Notes under the pieces: generated by a model
Databases searched by the model: none
What the model was told of the DNA's origin: nothing
The model's input: only the letters and a program-made list of their open reading frames with translations
DNA from: Candidatus Lustribacter sp.
GTDB lineage: Bacteria > Vulcanimicrobiota > Vulcanimicrobiia > Vulcanimicrobiales > Vulcanimicrobiaceae
Length of the DNA: 64,000 nucleotides
Assembly: GCA_965277805.1 (NCBI GenBank)
Contig: OZ255842.1
Location: forward strand, 4,224,001 to 4,288,000
Direction: 5' to 3'
Part shown: positions 10,353-20,208 of the stretch, one piece after another
How positions within the stretch are numbered: position 1 is the stretch's first letter
Layout: each line of letters opens with the position of its first letter
Made by a program: the position numbers and the translations under genes

Positions 10353-11260
10353 TCGTGCGGCGTGTCGACGGCGGCTTCGGCGCTAGCGAGTTCGTCGTAG
10401 TAGGCGTCGGCGGCAAGGATCTGCGCGGCCAGCAGCTGTGGCGGCGAGAGACGTGCCGTGGCGTCGCCGAGCGGTGCCAACACGCGCGCGATGCCGCTGC
10501 GGTGCAGGAGCGAGCCGAGGGCGCGCTGCGGCGGCGTCGCACCGATCGCGAGATCCACGCGCCAGTGGGGATGTTTCGCGCGCAGCTGCACCGCCGTGCG
10601 GGCCTGCGCGCGCACTTGCCGCAGCATGCCGCCGACGTTCGTCCCGGCCGGCCGCGGTTTGTGATGAAAGGCGACGGCGAAACGGTTGAACACCGCGCGC
10701 GTCCCGATCGCACGCAAGCGCATGCCGAGCTCGATGTCTTCCCAGCCGTACTCGGTGAACGATTCGTCGAAGCGGCCGCCGACGCTATCGAGACGCGCGC
10801 GCCGCAGCGAGACGTTGCTGGTCCAGAAATAATTGCCGCTGTAGTTCGCGGGCGTCCACACCGGCACGGGAAGATCGTCGAAGCTTTCGGTGTTGATGAC
10901 CGCGCCGCGCACGATCACGTCGCCGTGACGGTCGTCGCTCGCGAGATGTTCGGCCGCGAAGACCGGCGTCGGCAGCACGTCGTCGTCGATGAACGCGATG
11001 CGCTCGCCGGTCGAGCGCGCAATGCCGGCGTTGCGGCCTTTGGCCAGCCCCGAGTTCGGCTGTTCGATCACGGTGAACGTGCAGCGCGCGAGCGGGCGCA
11101 CGCGTTCGATCACGGCGCTCGTGTCGTCGGGCGAACCGTCGTTGACGAGCACGACTTCGTAGGCATCGTCGGGCACGGTCTGATCGAAGAGCGCTTCGAG
11201 CACGCGTTCGAGCAGCCGCGCGCGGTTATAAGTGCAGAGCTGAATCGTCAGGCGCGGCAT
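10349..11260 (-). CDS. Glycosyltransferase family 2
   Basis: IQLCTYNR, VNDGS, FIDDD, YGWEDIELGMRL. Start trimmed to MPRLTI. Confidence 0.9.
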   Translation of the reverse strand: MPRLTIQLCTYNRARLLERVLEALFDQTVPDDAYEVVLVNDGSPDDTSAVIERVRPLARCTFTVIEQPNSGLAKGRNAGIARSTGERIAFIDDDVLPTPVFAAEHLASDDRHGDVIVRGAVINTESFDDLPVPVWTPANYSGNYFWTSNVSLRRARLDSVGGRFDESFTEYGWEDIELGMRLRAIGTRAVFNRFAVAFHHKPRPAGTNVGGMLRQVRAQARTAVQLRAKHPHWRVDLAIGATPPQRALGSLLHRSGIARVLAPLGDATARLSPPQLLAAQILAADAYYDELASAEAAVDTPHE

Positions 11261-11261
11261 G

Positions 11262-12281
11262 TCAGGCCGTCTCGCGTTCGGTGATCGCCGCCTGCAGTCC
11301 GTCGAGCGCCCGCACGATTCCGGCGACGTCGAGATGCCGCACGCAGGCGAAGTCGGGACAGGTCTCCTTGCGGTGTGCGGGCGGGCACGGGTAGACCGCG
11401 CGCACGATCGCGGTATGCGGGCCGGCCGGCGCCCAACGGTCCGGCTCGTCGGACTGCAGCGCGAAGATGCCGACGGTCGGGGCGCCCACGGCGGCCGCGA
11501 CGTGCATCGGCCCCGAATCCATCGCCACGACGTAGCGCGCGCGTTCGGCCAGCGCGGCGAAGGTGCCGATCGACGTTGCTCCGGCGAGCGAAATCGCCTC
11601 GGCGCCGCGCGCGACCGCATCGGCGACCGGGGCGTCGCCCGCCGTGCCGGTCACGAGCAACGGAATCGGATCGCGGCTGCGCAGGGCGCGCGCGAGCTCG
11701 ATGAACCCGCCCGCCGGCCAGCGTTCGCGCTGCGCGGAGAGCCCCCGCGAGGGATGCAGCAGCGCAAACGGACCCGCGACGTTGCGCGCAGCGAGCAGCG
11801 CATCGGCGGCGGCGCGATCTTCGGCCGTCGGCATGAAGGCGGGTTGCGCGACCGGATCGTCGCAGCCGATCGCGCGCGCGTAATCCAGCAGAATCTGCGT
11901 CCAGTGCGAGGTGCGATCGCCGCGCTCGCTGCGCACGGTGACGCGCTCGGTGAAGAGCCGCGAATACAGCCGCCGCGCCTGGCCGACGCGCACCGGAATC
12001 CGCGCCAGCGCCGGCACCGCAGCCGTGGTGAACGTGGCCCACGTGACGACCGCCGCGGCGTAACCGGCCGCGCGCAGATCTTCGGCCGTCGGCACGGGCG
12101 ATGCCAGCACGTGCACGCGTTCGATCGCCGGATCGTGCTCGGCGACGGTACGATGCGCGGGCAGCACGAGCGCGTCGACGTGCGCGAATTTCGAACGGAG
12201 CGCGTGCGCCACGACGCCCGCCAAGAGCGTGTCGCCGATGCCGCCGCCGGCCGCCACCAGCAGCGCGCGATCAGAGGCCAT
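11262..12281 (-). CDS. Glycosyltransferase family 9 (heptosyltransferase-like)
   Basis: GGIGDTLL; LLHP; DSGPMHVAAAVGAPTVGIF. Confidence 0.9.
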   Translation of the reverse strand: MASDRALLVAAGGGIGDTLLAGVVAHALRSKFAHVDALVLPAHRTVAEHDPAIERVHVLASPVPTAEDLRAAGYAAAVVTWATFTTAAVPALARIPVRVGQARRLYSRLFTERVTVRSERGDRTSHWTQILLDYARAIGCDDPVAQPAFMPTAEDRAAADALLAARNVAGPFALLHPSRGLSAQRERWPAGGFIELARALRSRDPIPLLVTGTAGDAPVADAVARGAEAISLAGATSIGTFAALAERARYVVAMDSGPMHVAAAVGAPTVGIFALQSDEPDRWAPAGPHTAIVRAVYPCPPAHRKETCPDFACVRHLDVAGIVRALDGLQAAITERETA

Positions 12282-13215
12282 CGAGCGCCTGCGCGATCAG
12301 CGTTTCGGGCGCACGCGCGAGTTCGCTCGCGCGCACGACGATGTTCGAGCTGGCCCACGGCCGCCAGCGGCGCGTCTGCGCGTCGAACCCCGCGTCGGGA
12401 AACACGTCCACGACCGGCACGCCGATCATCCCGGCGAGATGCGCCGCGCCGGTATCGGTGCTCACCAGCGCACCCGCCGCATCGACCGCCGCGATCCATG
12501 CGCGCGTATCGCCGGGCGCATCGACGGCGAGCGCCGGAAACTGCGCGGCCATCGCAGCGCGTTCGGCCGGTGCGGCGATGAAGCGCGCGCCGCGTTCGCT
12601 CAAACTCGTCATCACCCGCGCGATTGCCGCGCCCGCGATACCGAGCGCGTTCCACTTCGCGCCGAGCTGCACGAGCAAGCCGCGCCGTTCGGGCAGCGGC
12701 TCATCGCCCGCGATCAGCGGCCGCAGGCGCGCCGCATCGCGTTCGGGTGCTCCGGTAATGAGGCCCGCGCCGAGCCGCAGCATGACGTCCGCCTCGTGCG
12801 CATCGCTGCCGCGCACGGTCGCCGCGCGCCGGATCGCGCGCGTCACGCGGCGCTTGATCCAGGCCGACTTGAACGGCTTGGCCCAGCCGGTCGTAAACCC
12901 GACGCGCTGCGGAACGGGCGCCGCCAGCTCGTAGGCTTCGGGCTCTTCGCTCGCGATCAACGCGATGTCGTACTGCTGCGCTGCAATTTCAGCGTCAGCG
13001 CGCGCACGCGATGCGGGCGTCGAACCGTGCGCCGGCCACGGAATGCGTTCGAGCACGTGGGTCGCCGTTGCGGTTTGCGGCGCGAAGATGTCCGCGTTGC
13101 GATCGCTCAGCGCGATGCCCAGTTCGTGTCCGGCGGAGCGCAGCGCCGCGATCAGCGGCGTGCACACCAGCGCGTCACCGATTCCGTCGAGCCGCACGAT
13201 GAGCACCCGGCTCAC
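12271..13215 (-). CDS. Glycosyltransferase family 9 (heptosyltransferase-like)
   Basis: VLIVRLDGIGDALVCTP; DTGAAHLAG. GTG start overlapping the upstream stop. Confidence 0.88.
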   Translation of the reverse strand: MSRVLIVRLDGIGDALVCTPLIAALRSAGHELGIALSDRNADIFAPQTATATHVLERIPWPAHGSTPASRARADAEIAAQQYDIALIASEEPEAYELAAPVPQRVGFTTGWAKPFKSAWIKRRVTRAIRRAATVRGSDAHEADVMLRLGAGLITGAPERDAARLRPLIAGDEPLPERRGLLVQLGAKWNALGIAGAAIARVMTSLSERGARFIAAPAERAAMAAQFPALAVDAPGDTRAWIAAVDAAGALVSTDTGAAHLAGMIGVPVVDVFPDAGFDAQTRRWRPWASSNIVVRASELARAPETLIAQALDGL

Positions 13216-14069
13216 CGCAGCGCGCGTTCGAGTTCGTCGACATAGACGCCATCGAGCACGAGTTCGCGCGCGACGCGCGCCAGCGGCACCGGAACGCGCT
13301 CGCTGGTCGCGAGGCCGGCCAGCCACGCCTGCGCACCGGGCGGCGAGAACAAGCGCGAGCGAATGCGGTTGAGCGCGTAAGCGCCGGTGGCGAGCTTCGC
13401 GCGCCGGGATGGATCCTTGCGTACGAACTTCGCCGCCATACGCGCCTTCTCGATCGTTTTCTCGAGCGCGGCATCGAGCGTTTCGGTCGAGGGCGGCTTG
13501 ATGTGCCAGAGGTAGGCATCCCACGCGAAGCGCCGCCGCACGTCGAAGTTGCGCAGCCGCACACCGAGTTCGGTGTCTTCCCAGCCGTACTTGTCGAACG
13601 ATTCATCGAACCCGCCGACCGACTGCAACGCGCCGAGCGGCACCGACACGTTGCACGTGCAGAAGTACGCGTTCGAACCGTTGAGAAACGTCGGCACCGG
13701 ACGCATATCCGCCGATGGCACGTTGATGATCGGCCCGGTCACGACGTGCGGGAAGATCTGTGCGGCGTGCGCGCGCGCATGGGCGGCGATGAAGTAGGGC
13801 GGCAGCACGACGTCGTCGTCGATGAACTGCACGATCTCACCGCTCGCGACCGCGATGCCGGCGTTGCGCGCGAGCGCGCGGTTCGGCTGCGCTTCGAAGA
13901 GATAGGTCGCGCCGTGCCGTTCTGCGACCGCGCGGGTACCGTCGGACGAGCCGTTGTCGACGACGATCGCCTCGGTCGCCGGCGCACCGGTCTGCGCGCG
14001 CAGCGACGCCAGCGCCCCATCGAGTAGCGCTGCGCGGTTGCGGGTCGCGATGATGACGCTGAACTTCAT
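13212..14069 (-). CDS. Glycosyltransferase family 2
   Basis: SVIIATRNR, VDNGSSD, FIDDD, YGWEDTELG. Confidence 0.9.
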   Translation of the reverse strand: MKFSVIIATRNRAALLDGALASLRAQTGAPATEAIVVDNGSSDGTRAVAERHGATYLFEAQPNRALARNAGIAVASGEIVQFIDDDVVLPPYFIAAHARAHAAQIFPHVVTGPIINVPSADMRPVPTFLNGSNAYFCTCNVSVPLGALQSVGGFDESFDKYGWEDTELGVRLRNFDVRRRFAWDAYLWHIKPPSTETLDAALEKTIEKARMAAKFVRKDPSRRAKLATGAYALNRIRSRLFSPPGAQAWLAGLATSERVPVPLARVARELVLDGVYVDELERALR

Positions 14070-15283
14070 CCGCCTGCATCTTCGAGAAGCGCGTCGGCCA
14101 TCCGCCCCGCGGCACCGCGATGCGCCGCATAGAGCGCGCGCAAATCGCCGCTCGCCGACGTAAGCCAGGCACGATCGGCGTACCGTTCCGCCGCAACGTG
14201 CGCGATCCGCGAAGGCAGCTGCGTGCCGCGCAGTTCGTGATCGATCTCGCGCCGCGCGTCGATGTTCGGCTGCGCGTAGTACTGGAAGCGCTTGCCCACG
14301 GCGACGACCGCCGCGCGTTTGACCGGCGTGCCGATGAACGGTATGCGGTCGATGTACTGAAACGGCCCGTTGATCACGATCAGTTCGGGCGCGTTCGCGG
14401 GCGTGATGACGACGGCAGGAACCCCGAGCGCGGCCAGTTCGATGACCTTCGTGCCGGGCAGCGAGACGGCCAGCCGCGCGTTCTGCGCCGCGCGCATCGC
14501 CGCCGTCACCACCGCGAAGCGTTCGCCGGCAGCTTCGAGCGACGCGCCGTCCGCGGCGAGTTTCGACGGCATGCCGTAGGCGACGCGCCGTCCGCCGCGC
14601 GCGAGCGCGGCCCCGAGTTCCGCATCCGTCGTGAAGGGCGAGCGCGCGAAGGCGATCGGCACGCCGGGCAGCCGCCGGCGCAGCTGCACGGCGGCACGCA
14701 CGAACATCGGGAAGATCTCCTCGATCTCGTGTTTGCGCGAGCCGGGGAAGAAGATCACGCCGTCGCGCGCGGCCTCCGCGTCGGCCGCTCCGCCGAAGTC
14801 GCCGGCAGCCTCGCCGAACGCACCGTCGATGACGAGGTTCCCGACGACGCTGATCTTGGCGCCGGGAATCCCCCAGCCGAGCAGTTGCTGACGGTTGCTC
14901 TCATCGACCGCGAACACGCGCGCGAACCGGTCGACGTATTTCTTGCGCGAAAACTTGTACGCGGTCGCGGTGCCGCCGAGCCGGTCGTGCAGGCGCGCGG
15001 CGTGCATCAAATCGCCGCCGAGATATTGCACGCGATCGGCGTGGGCCGGCAACCCGTCGAGGCCGCGGCCGAGCGCGAAGCGCAGGTACTCGCCGGGCGT
15101 GTACACCGTGGCTTGCGGGAAGTAACCGCGCACGTACGCGGCCTCGTGACCCGTGGCGTAGTCGTCGGGAACGCAGAAGACGCGCACGTCGAGCGCCGGA
15201 TCGCGGGCGTAGAGCGCGGTGAGCAACGGCCGCACCCAACCCGCGAACTCGCCCGGGCCGTTGGCGGTGAGCGCAAGGATCAT
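14066..15283 (-). CDS. Lipid-A-disaccharide synthase-related (LpxB-like) glycosyltransferase
   Basis: LpxB-like motifs FPGSRKHEI, PGTKVIELAALGVP and QPNI; N-terminal NGPGE; LPS context. Confidence 0.65.
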   Translation of the reverse strand: MILALTANGPGEFAGWVRPLLTALYARDPALDVRVFCVPDDYATGHEAAYVRGYFPQATVYTPGEYLRFALGRGLDGLPAHADRVQYLGGDLMHAARLHDRLGGTATAYKFSRKKYVDRFARVFAVDESNRQQLLGWGIPGAKISVVGNLVIDGAFGEAAGDFGGAADAEAARDGVIFFPGSRKHEIEEIFPMFVRAAVQLRRRLPGVPIAFARSPFTTDAELGAALARGGRRVAYGMPSKLAADGASLEAAGERFAVVTAAMRAAQNARLAVSLPGTKVIELAALGVPAVVITPANAPELIVINGPFQYIDRIPFIGTPVKRAAVVAVGKRFQYYAQPNIDARREIDHELRGTQLPSRIAHVAAERYADRAWLTSASGDLRALYAAHRGAAGRMADALLEDAGG

Positions 15284-15774
15284 GGGCGCGAACGGATCGT
15301 CGCGACGAGATCGGTCGTACTCTTGCCCTCGACGTGCGGCGCCAGCGCGACGCGGCCGCCGCCGGCTTCGACGACGTCGCGCTCGGGCAAGTCTTCGACG
15401 CGGTACTGCGCGCTCTTCACGTGCACGTCGGGCTTCAGCGCAGCCAGCAATTCGACCGGCGTCGCTTCATCGAAACCGACCACGGCATCGACGCTGCGCA
15501 GCGCGGCCAGCACTGCCGCCCGTCCCTCGAACGGCACGTACGGCCGCTGCGGCCCCTTGAGCCCGCACACGGACGCGTCGCCGTTGAGGCCGACGATCAA
15601 CGCATCGCCTTGCGCGCGCGCCCAGGCGAGATATTGGGTGTGACCGTTGTGAATCACGTCGAAGCAGCCGTTGGTGAAGACGACGATCTTGCCGCGCGCC
15701 CGCAGCGCTTCGCGCAGCGCGACGGCGCCCGCGCGATCTAGCACCGGCGCGATGAAGTCGTCAGCGCTCGGCAT
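15280..15774 (-). CDS. hldC: D-glycero-D-manno-heptose 1-phosphate adenylyltransferase (RfaE domain II, stand-alone)
   Basis: FTNGCFDVIHNGH, GLNGDASV...KGP.RP, GKSTT. Confidence 0.9.
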   Translation of the reverse strand: MPSADDFIAPVLDRAGAVALREALRARGKIVVFTNGCFDVIHNGHTQYLAWARAQGDALIVGLNGDASVCGLKGPQRPYVPFEGRAAVLAALRSVDAVVGFDEATPVELLAALKPDVHVKSAQYRVEDLPERDVVEAGGGRVALAPHVEGKSTTDLVATIRSRP

Positions 15775-16723
15775 CGTGTTCCATCAGCGCGATGATCTCG
15801 GCCGGTGAGGCCGTCGCGGTGCCGAGTTTCTCGACCACGGCGCCGGCGGCGAAGTTGGCGAGTTGCGTGGCGGTGATCACCGGCACGCGCGCGGCCAGCG
15901 CCAGCGTCAGGACGGCGACGACCGTATCGCCGGCACCGCTCACGTCGAACACCGTGCGCGCCACCGACGGAATGTGCTCGCGCGTGCCGTCGCTGCCGAA
16001 GAGCGACATGCCGTGCTCGCCGCGCGTCACCAGCACATAACGGCACTGCAGGCGTTCGAGCAGCGCGCGCGCCGCGCGTTCGAGCGAGGCATCGTCGACG
16101 ATCGCGATGCCGCTCGCGCGCGCCGTTTCGGTGACGTTCGGCGCGATGCACGTCACCCCGGCGAAGAGATCGACGTTGTCGGGCTTCGGGTCGGCCACGA
16201 CGACCGGCGCGGCCAGCGCAGCCGCGACGATGTCGCGGTGCAGCAAACCCTTGGCGTAATCGCTGAGCACCACGGCGTCGGCGTTACCGGCCGCGCGCCG
16301 CACGGCATCGACGATGCGCCCGCGATCCGCAGCACCGATTGGCGCCGTCACTTCCCAATCGGCGCGTACGACTTGCTGGTTGTGCGCGACCACCCGCGTC
16401 TTGCGCGTCGTCGGCCGGTCCGCGAGCGTCAGCAGACCCGACGTATCGCAGTCGATCTCGGCGAACATGGTGCGGACGCGCTCGCCTTCGGCATCGTCGC
16501 CGACCACGCCGATGAACGTTACCGCCGCGCCGAGCGCGCGCAAGTTGTTCGCGACGTTGCCCGACCCGCCGAGCGTGAACGAATGTTTGTCGACCGCCAC
16601 GACCGGCACCGGCGCTTCGGGCGAGATGCGCGAAACGCGGCCCCAGATCCACTCATCGATCATCACGTCGCCGACCACCACGATGCGGCGGCCGGCCATG
16701 CGCGCGAGTTCGTCAGCGGCCAC
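15761..16723 (-). CDS. hldA: D-glycero-D-manno-heptose 7-phosphate kinase (RfaE domain I, stand-alone)
   Basis: GDVMIDE, RISPEAPVPV, SDYAKG, DVSGAGDTV. Confidence 0.92.
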   Translation of the reverse strand: MAADELARMAGRRIVVVGDVMIDEWIWGRVSRISPEAPVPVVAVDKHSFTLGGSGNVANNLRALGAAVTFIGVVGDDAEGERVRTMFAEIDCDTSGLLTLADRPTTRKTRVVAHNQQVVRADWEVTAPIGAADRGRIVDAVRRAAGNADAVVLSDYAKGLLHRDIVAAALAAPVVVADPKPDNVDLFAGVTCIAPNVTETARASGIAIVDDASLERAARALLERLQCRYVLVTRGEHGMSLFGSDGTREHIPSVARTVFDVSGAGDTVVAVLTLALAARVPVITATQLANFAAGAVVEKLGTATASPAEIIALMEHDAER

Positions 16724-17243
16724 GGTGCACGATCCATTCGGCCGCCTCGAGCAGCGTGTTCGCACGCAGATCCGGTTCCGGCCCGACGTAGGGCATCGGC
16801 CCGGGCACAGCGATGCCGGCGATGCCGGCGCGCTGACCGAGTTCCACATCGCTGCCGCGGTCGCCGATCATCGCCGCGCGCTCGAGGGTCAGGTGATGCT
16901 CGCGCACCGCTTGGTGCAAGAGCGCCGGCGCCGGCTTGCGGCAGTCGCAGCCGTCTTGATAGTGCGGACACCAGTACCAGCCGTCGATCGCGATGCCGTC
17001 GCCGGCGAGCCGGCGCACGATCTCGGCGTTCACGCTGCGCACCTGCGCATCGTCGATCAGCCCACGTGCGATGCCCGACTGATTCGAGATCACGACCGTC
17101 GCGAAATCGTGCGCGGCCAAGAGCTTCAGCGCTTCGACCACCGTCGGCAGAATCTCGACGCCGCACGGATCGCCGAGAAAGCCTTTGTCTTCGATCAGCG
17201 TCCCGTCACGATCGAGAAACACGGCCGGTCGCACCGGCATCAT
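16713..17243 (-). CDS. gmhB: D,D-heptose 1,7-bisphosphate phosphatase
   Basis: FLDRDGTL, SNQSGIARG, CPH...CDCRKP, IGDRGSD. Confidence 0.93.
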   Translation of the reverse strand: MMPVRPAVFLDRDGTLIEDKGFLGDPCGVEILPTVVEALKLLAAHDFATVVISNQSGIARGLIDDAQVRSVNAEIVRRLAGDGIAIDGWYWCPHYQDGCDCRKPAPALLHQAVREHHLTLERAAMIGDRGSDVELGQRAGIAGIAVPGPMPYVGPEPDLRANTLLEAAEWIVHRGR

Positions 17244-17806
17244 GCGAACAGCAAATCTTGTTCGACGAGGTCGCAGATGATGTGGCCGAGGGTGATGTGC
17301 ACTTCTTGCACGATCGCGCTGTAACCGTCAGGTCCCATCAGGACGAGATCGGCGATCTCGGCTAGCGGGCCGCCGCCGTTGCCGGTGAACGCGACGGTCG
17401 TCGCGCCGGCGCGATTCGCGGCCTCGATCGCGCGCAGAATGCTCGGCGATTTGCCGCTGGTCGTAATGCCCACGATCACGTCGCCCGGCTGCGCGAACGC
17501 CTCGACTTGCCGCGCAAAGACGTTCTCGTAACCGAAGTCGTTGGCGATCGCCGTCAGCGCGCTCGTGTTCACCGAGAGCGCTTCCGACGGCAGCCCGCCG
17601 CGTTCGCGTAAAAATCGCCCGCTGAACTCCGCGGCGAGATGCTGTGCATCGGCAGCGCTGCCGCCGTTACCGCACCACAAAACCTTCTTGCCGCTGCGAA
17701 ACGCGAGCACCATCGCGGCGACGATCGCCGCAACTTGGTCCGGATAGTGCGGCGCCTCGAGCTGTCCGCGCCGGTCGGCCAGCAGTTCGGCGAACCCGCG
17801 CCGCAC
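17240..17806 (-). CDS. gmhA: Phosphoheptose isomerase
   Basis: CGNGGSAADAQHLAAE, NDFGY..VFARQ, VQEVHI. Confidence 0.95.
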   Translation of the reverse strand: MRRGFAELLADRRGQLEAPHYPDQVAAIVAAMVLAFRSGKKVLWCGNGGSAADAQHLAAEFSGRFLRERGGLPSEALSVNTSALTAIANDFGYENVFARQVEAFAQPGDVIVGITTSGKSPSILRAIEAANRAGATTVAFTGNGGGPLAEIADLVLMGPDGYSAIVQEVHITLGHIICDLVEQDLLFA

Positions 17807-18270
17807 TACGGTTCGATCCAGAAGAGATCGTCGCCGAGGGAAACGAGCTGACCGTTTTCCGGAATCACGCGCGCGATCACGCCGGCGTACTCGCTCGTGA
17901 TTTCGTTCATCAGCTTCATCGCTTCTAGAATGCAGAGCGGCTGACCCGGAACCACGCGGTCGCCGACCGTGACGAACGGATCGGCACCCGGCGAGGGCGC
18001 GCCGTAGAAGACGCCGACGACCGGCGCCGTAACGCGCTTGACGTTGGCACCGGCGACCGCGCCGTTGACCGCGCCGTTTTCCGGTGTTGCGGGTGCGGCT
18101 GCGGCGGCTTGCGCCGGTCCCGCGGCCGTGACGACCGTCCCGGCCGGCGCCGGCTCGCGCGCGACGAGTTCGTATTCCGTCTCGCCGACCCGCACGCGCA
18201 CCGCATCGAGGTCGTACTCGCGCAAGATCTCGGCCAGCGCGCGGATGCGCCCGGCCTCATCGTCATTCAT
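17806..18270 (-). CDS. accB: Biotin carboxyl carrier protein of acetyl-CoA carboxylase
   Basis: EAMKLMNEI biotinylation motif; Ala/Pro linker; APVVGVFY. Confidence 0.93.
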   Translation of the reverse strand: MNDDEAGRIRALAEILREYDLDAVRVRVGETEYELVAREPAPAGTVVTAAGPAQAAAAAPATPENGAVNGAVAGANVKRVTAPVVGVFYGAPSPGADPFVTVGDRVVPGQPLCILEAMKLMNEITSEYAGVIARVIPENGQLVSLGDDLFWIEP

Positions 18271-19543
18271 CCGACGACCCTTCGACGATGGCTTGGGCGA
18301 TTCTATCCACCGCGCCGTCGAGCGGAATGCGCCGTTCGGCGCGCTGTTCGAGGTCGCGGAAGACGATCTCGCCCGACGCGAGCTCGTTGTCGCCGAGGAT
18401 CAGCGCCCAGCGGGCACCGTTGCGATCGGCCAGCTTGAAGTGCGCGGTGAGCTTGCGATCGCCGTAGTCGATGAAGACGGGCTGACCGGTGTGAGCGCGC
18501 AGCCGTCCGGCGAGCGGAATCAGCCGCGCGCGGGCGGCCGCACCCAGCGCGATTGCCTGGACGCCGCGCCGGGGCTGGGCCGCGCCGTCCTTGGCCGCAT
18601 CGACCATCATGAGGAAGCGTTCGAGCCCGAGGCCGAAGCCGACGGCCGGGGTCGCGGGTCCGCCGAGCGAGCTGACCAGGCCGTCGTAGCGGCCGCCGCC
18701 GCACACGGTGCTCTGGGCACCGAGCGCGGTCGAAGTGATCTCGAAGACCGTGCGCGTGTAGTAGTCGAGGCCGCGCACGATCCGCGGATCTACTTCATAG
18801 GCGATGCCGAGCTCATCGAGGTAGCGCCGGACACCGTCGAAGTGCGCGCGGCACTCGTCGCACAGCGTGTCGAGGAAGGCCGGGGCGGTCGCTACGAACG
18901 GCGCGTCGGCCGGCGACTTCGAGTCGAGGATGCGCAGCGGGTTGCGTTCCAGGCGCGACTGCGAGTCGGCCGAGAGCTCGGCCAGATGCGGCCGGAAGTG
19001 CGCCAGCAACGCCTCGCGATAGCGCGGCCGGCAGACCTCGTCGCCGACCGAGTTCAGCCGGACCGTCACCCCCGAGAGCCCGTACCGTCCGAGCAGCGCG
19101 GTCGCAAGGCCGATCACCTCGGCGTCGGCCTCGGGTCCCTCGAAGCCGAAGCACTCGATCCCGAACTGGTGCGCCTCGCGGAAGCGGCCGGCTTGGGGCC
19201 GCTCGTAGCGGAAGATCGAGCCGATGTAGTAGAGCCGCTGGGGACCCTGGGCGAGCAGCGAGTGCTCGAGGACCGCGCGCACGACCGGCGCCGTCCACTC
19301 CGGCCGCAGCGTCATACTGCGGCCGCCCTTGTCCTGGAACGTGTACATCTCTTTTTCGACGATATCGGTCGTCTCGCCGACGCCGCGCACGAACAGCTCG
19401 GTCGACTCGAACGTGGGCGTGCGGATCTCGCCATAGCCGAAGCTCTCGGCGATCTCACGCGCGTGGGCTTCGAGGCGGTTCCAATCGGCCGAGCGGGGCG
19501 GCAGCACGTCGTGGGTGCCGCGCGGGGCGGCCAGGCGATTCAC
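18263..19543 (-). CDS. hisS: Histidine--tRNA ligase
   Basis: PRGTHD, KEMYTF, LRPEWTA, FRYERPQAGR, VRGLDYY, GGGRYD. Confidence 0.98.
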   Translation of the reverse strand: MNRLAAPRGTHDVLPPRSADWNRLEAHAREIAESFGYGEIRTPTFESTELFVRGVGETTDIVEKEMYTFQDKGGRSMTLRPEWTAPVVRAVLEHSLLAQGPQRLYYIGSIFRYERPQAGRFREAHQFGIECFGFEGPEADAEVIGLATALLGRYGLSGVTVRLNSVGDEVCRPRYREALLAHFRPHLAELSADSQSRLERNPLRILDSKSPADAPFVATAPAFLDTLCDECRAHFDGVRRYLDELGIAYEVDPRIVRGLDYYTRTVFEITSTALGAQSTVCGGGRYDGLVSSLGGPATPAVGFGLGLERFLMMVDAAKDGAAQPRRGVQAIALGAAARARLIPLAGRLRAHTGQPVFIDYGDRKLTAHFKLADRNGARWALILGDNELASGEIVFRDLEQRAERRIPLDGAVDRIAQAIVEGSSDE

Positions 19544-19663
19544 GGGTGCCGAACTTTACCGGAAACGGTACCCCGGGCCTTCAGTGCGTTTCGTTCGCTT
19601 GCGTACGCCCGGGCCTTCTAGGCCCCCTTGTCCCCCTCTTTTTTAGCTGTTATCCTCTACGCT

Positions 19664-20077
19664 ATGCAGGAGCAGGGGGCTGGTAAGAGCCCGTTCTTGA
19701 GCGCCGGGGACGCCCACGTGCAAGCGATGTCGCTGCCGATCGGGGAGATCGTCCGCTTGCTGCTCGAGCAGCTCGATGCGACGACCGTCGCCGTGATCGC
19801 CGGCGTGTCGGAGACGCGGGCCGTGCACAGCTGGCTGGGTGGCCGCGAACCGCAGCGGCCGCAGGTCTTGCGCTTCGCGCTGCAGCTCGCCGCCATGATC
19901 GCTAATACTGCCGACGCCGAATATTGCAAGGCCTGGTTTCACGGCAGCAATCCGAACCTGAACGACCGGGTGCCGATGATCATGCTGCGCGATTTGCCGC
20001 TGGCTGAAATCCAGCCCGAGCTACTGGCTGCCGCTCGCCTGTTTGCGGCGCGCCCCGGACGCAGCTCCGCGAGCTAA
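19664..20077 (+). CDS. Hypothetical protein resembling Xre/MbcA/ParS-type antitoxin (HTH-like N-terminal part + toxin-binding-like C-terminus)
   Basis: AVIAGVSETRAVHSW.G...P (HTH-like) and AWFHGSNPNLNDRVP (W...NP.L...P). Extended -10 TGtTATCCT 7 nt upstream of the ATG. Confidence 0.55.
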   Translation: MQEQGAGKSPFLSAGDAHVQAMSLPIGEIVRLLLEQLDATTVAVIAGVSETRAVHSWLGGREPQRPQVLRFALQLAAMIANTADAEYCKAWFHGSNPNLNDRVPMIMLRDLPLAEIQPELLAAARLFAARPGRSSAS

Positions 20078-20208
20078 CACCCCACCCCGAATCGCACGCC
20101 GCCGGACAGGCTCAATCGGCGGCTCAATCGGTAGCCCGAATGGCCCCGCAATCACAACTTGTATGGGGCCGCAGTCGCGCCTATCCTTGTTGCAGAGACG
20201 AGGTTCAC

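Noticed and set aside
8464-13524. Apparent long N-terminal extensions or fusions on glycosyltransferases (also trpS, mnmG, nadD, thiE)
   Set aside because: ORF-finder artefacts of taking the most upstream start; the extensions overlap neighbouring real genes.
14120-19621. Several 500-aa plus-strand ORFs (14120, 15863, 18038)
   Set aside because: Shadows of the LPS/hisS genes with Arg/Ala-rich off-frame composition.
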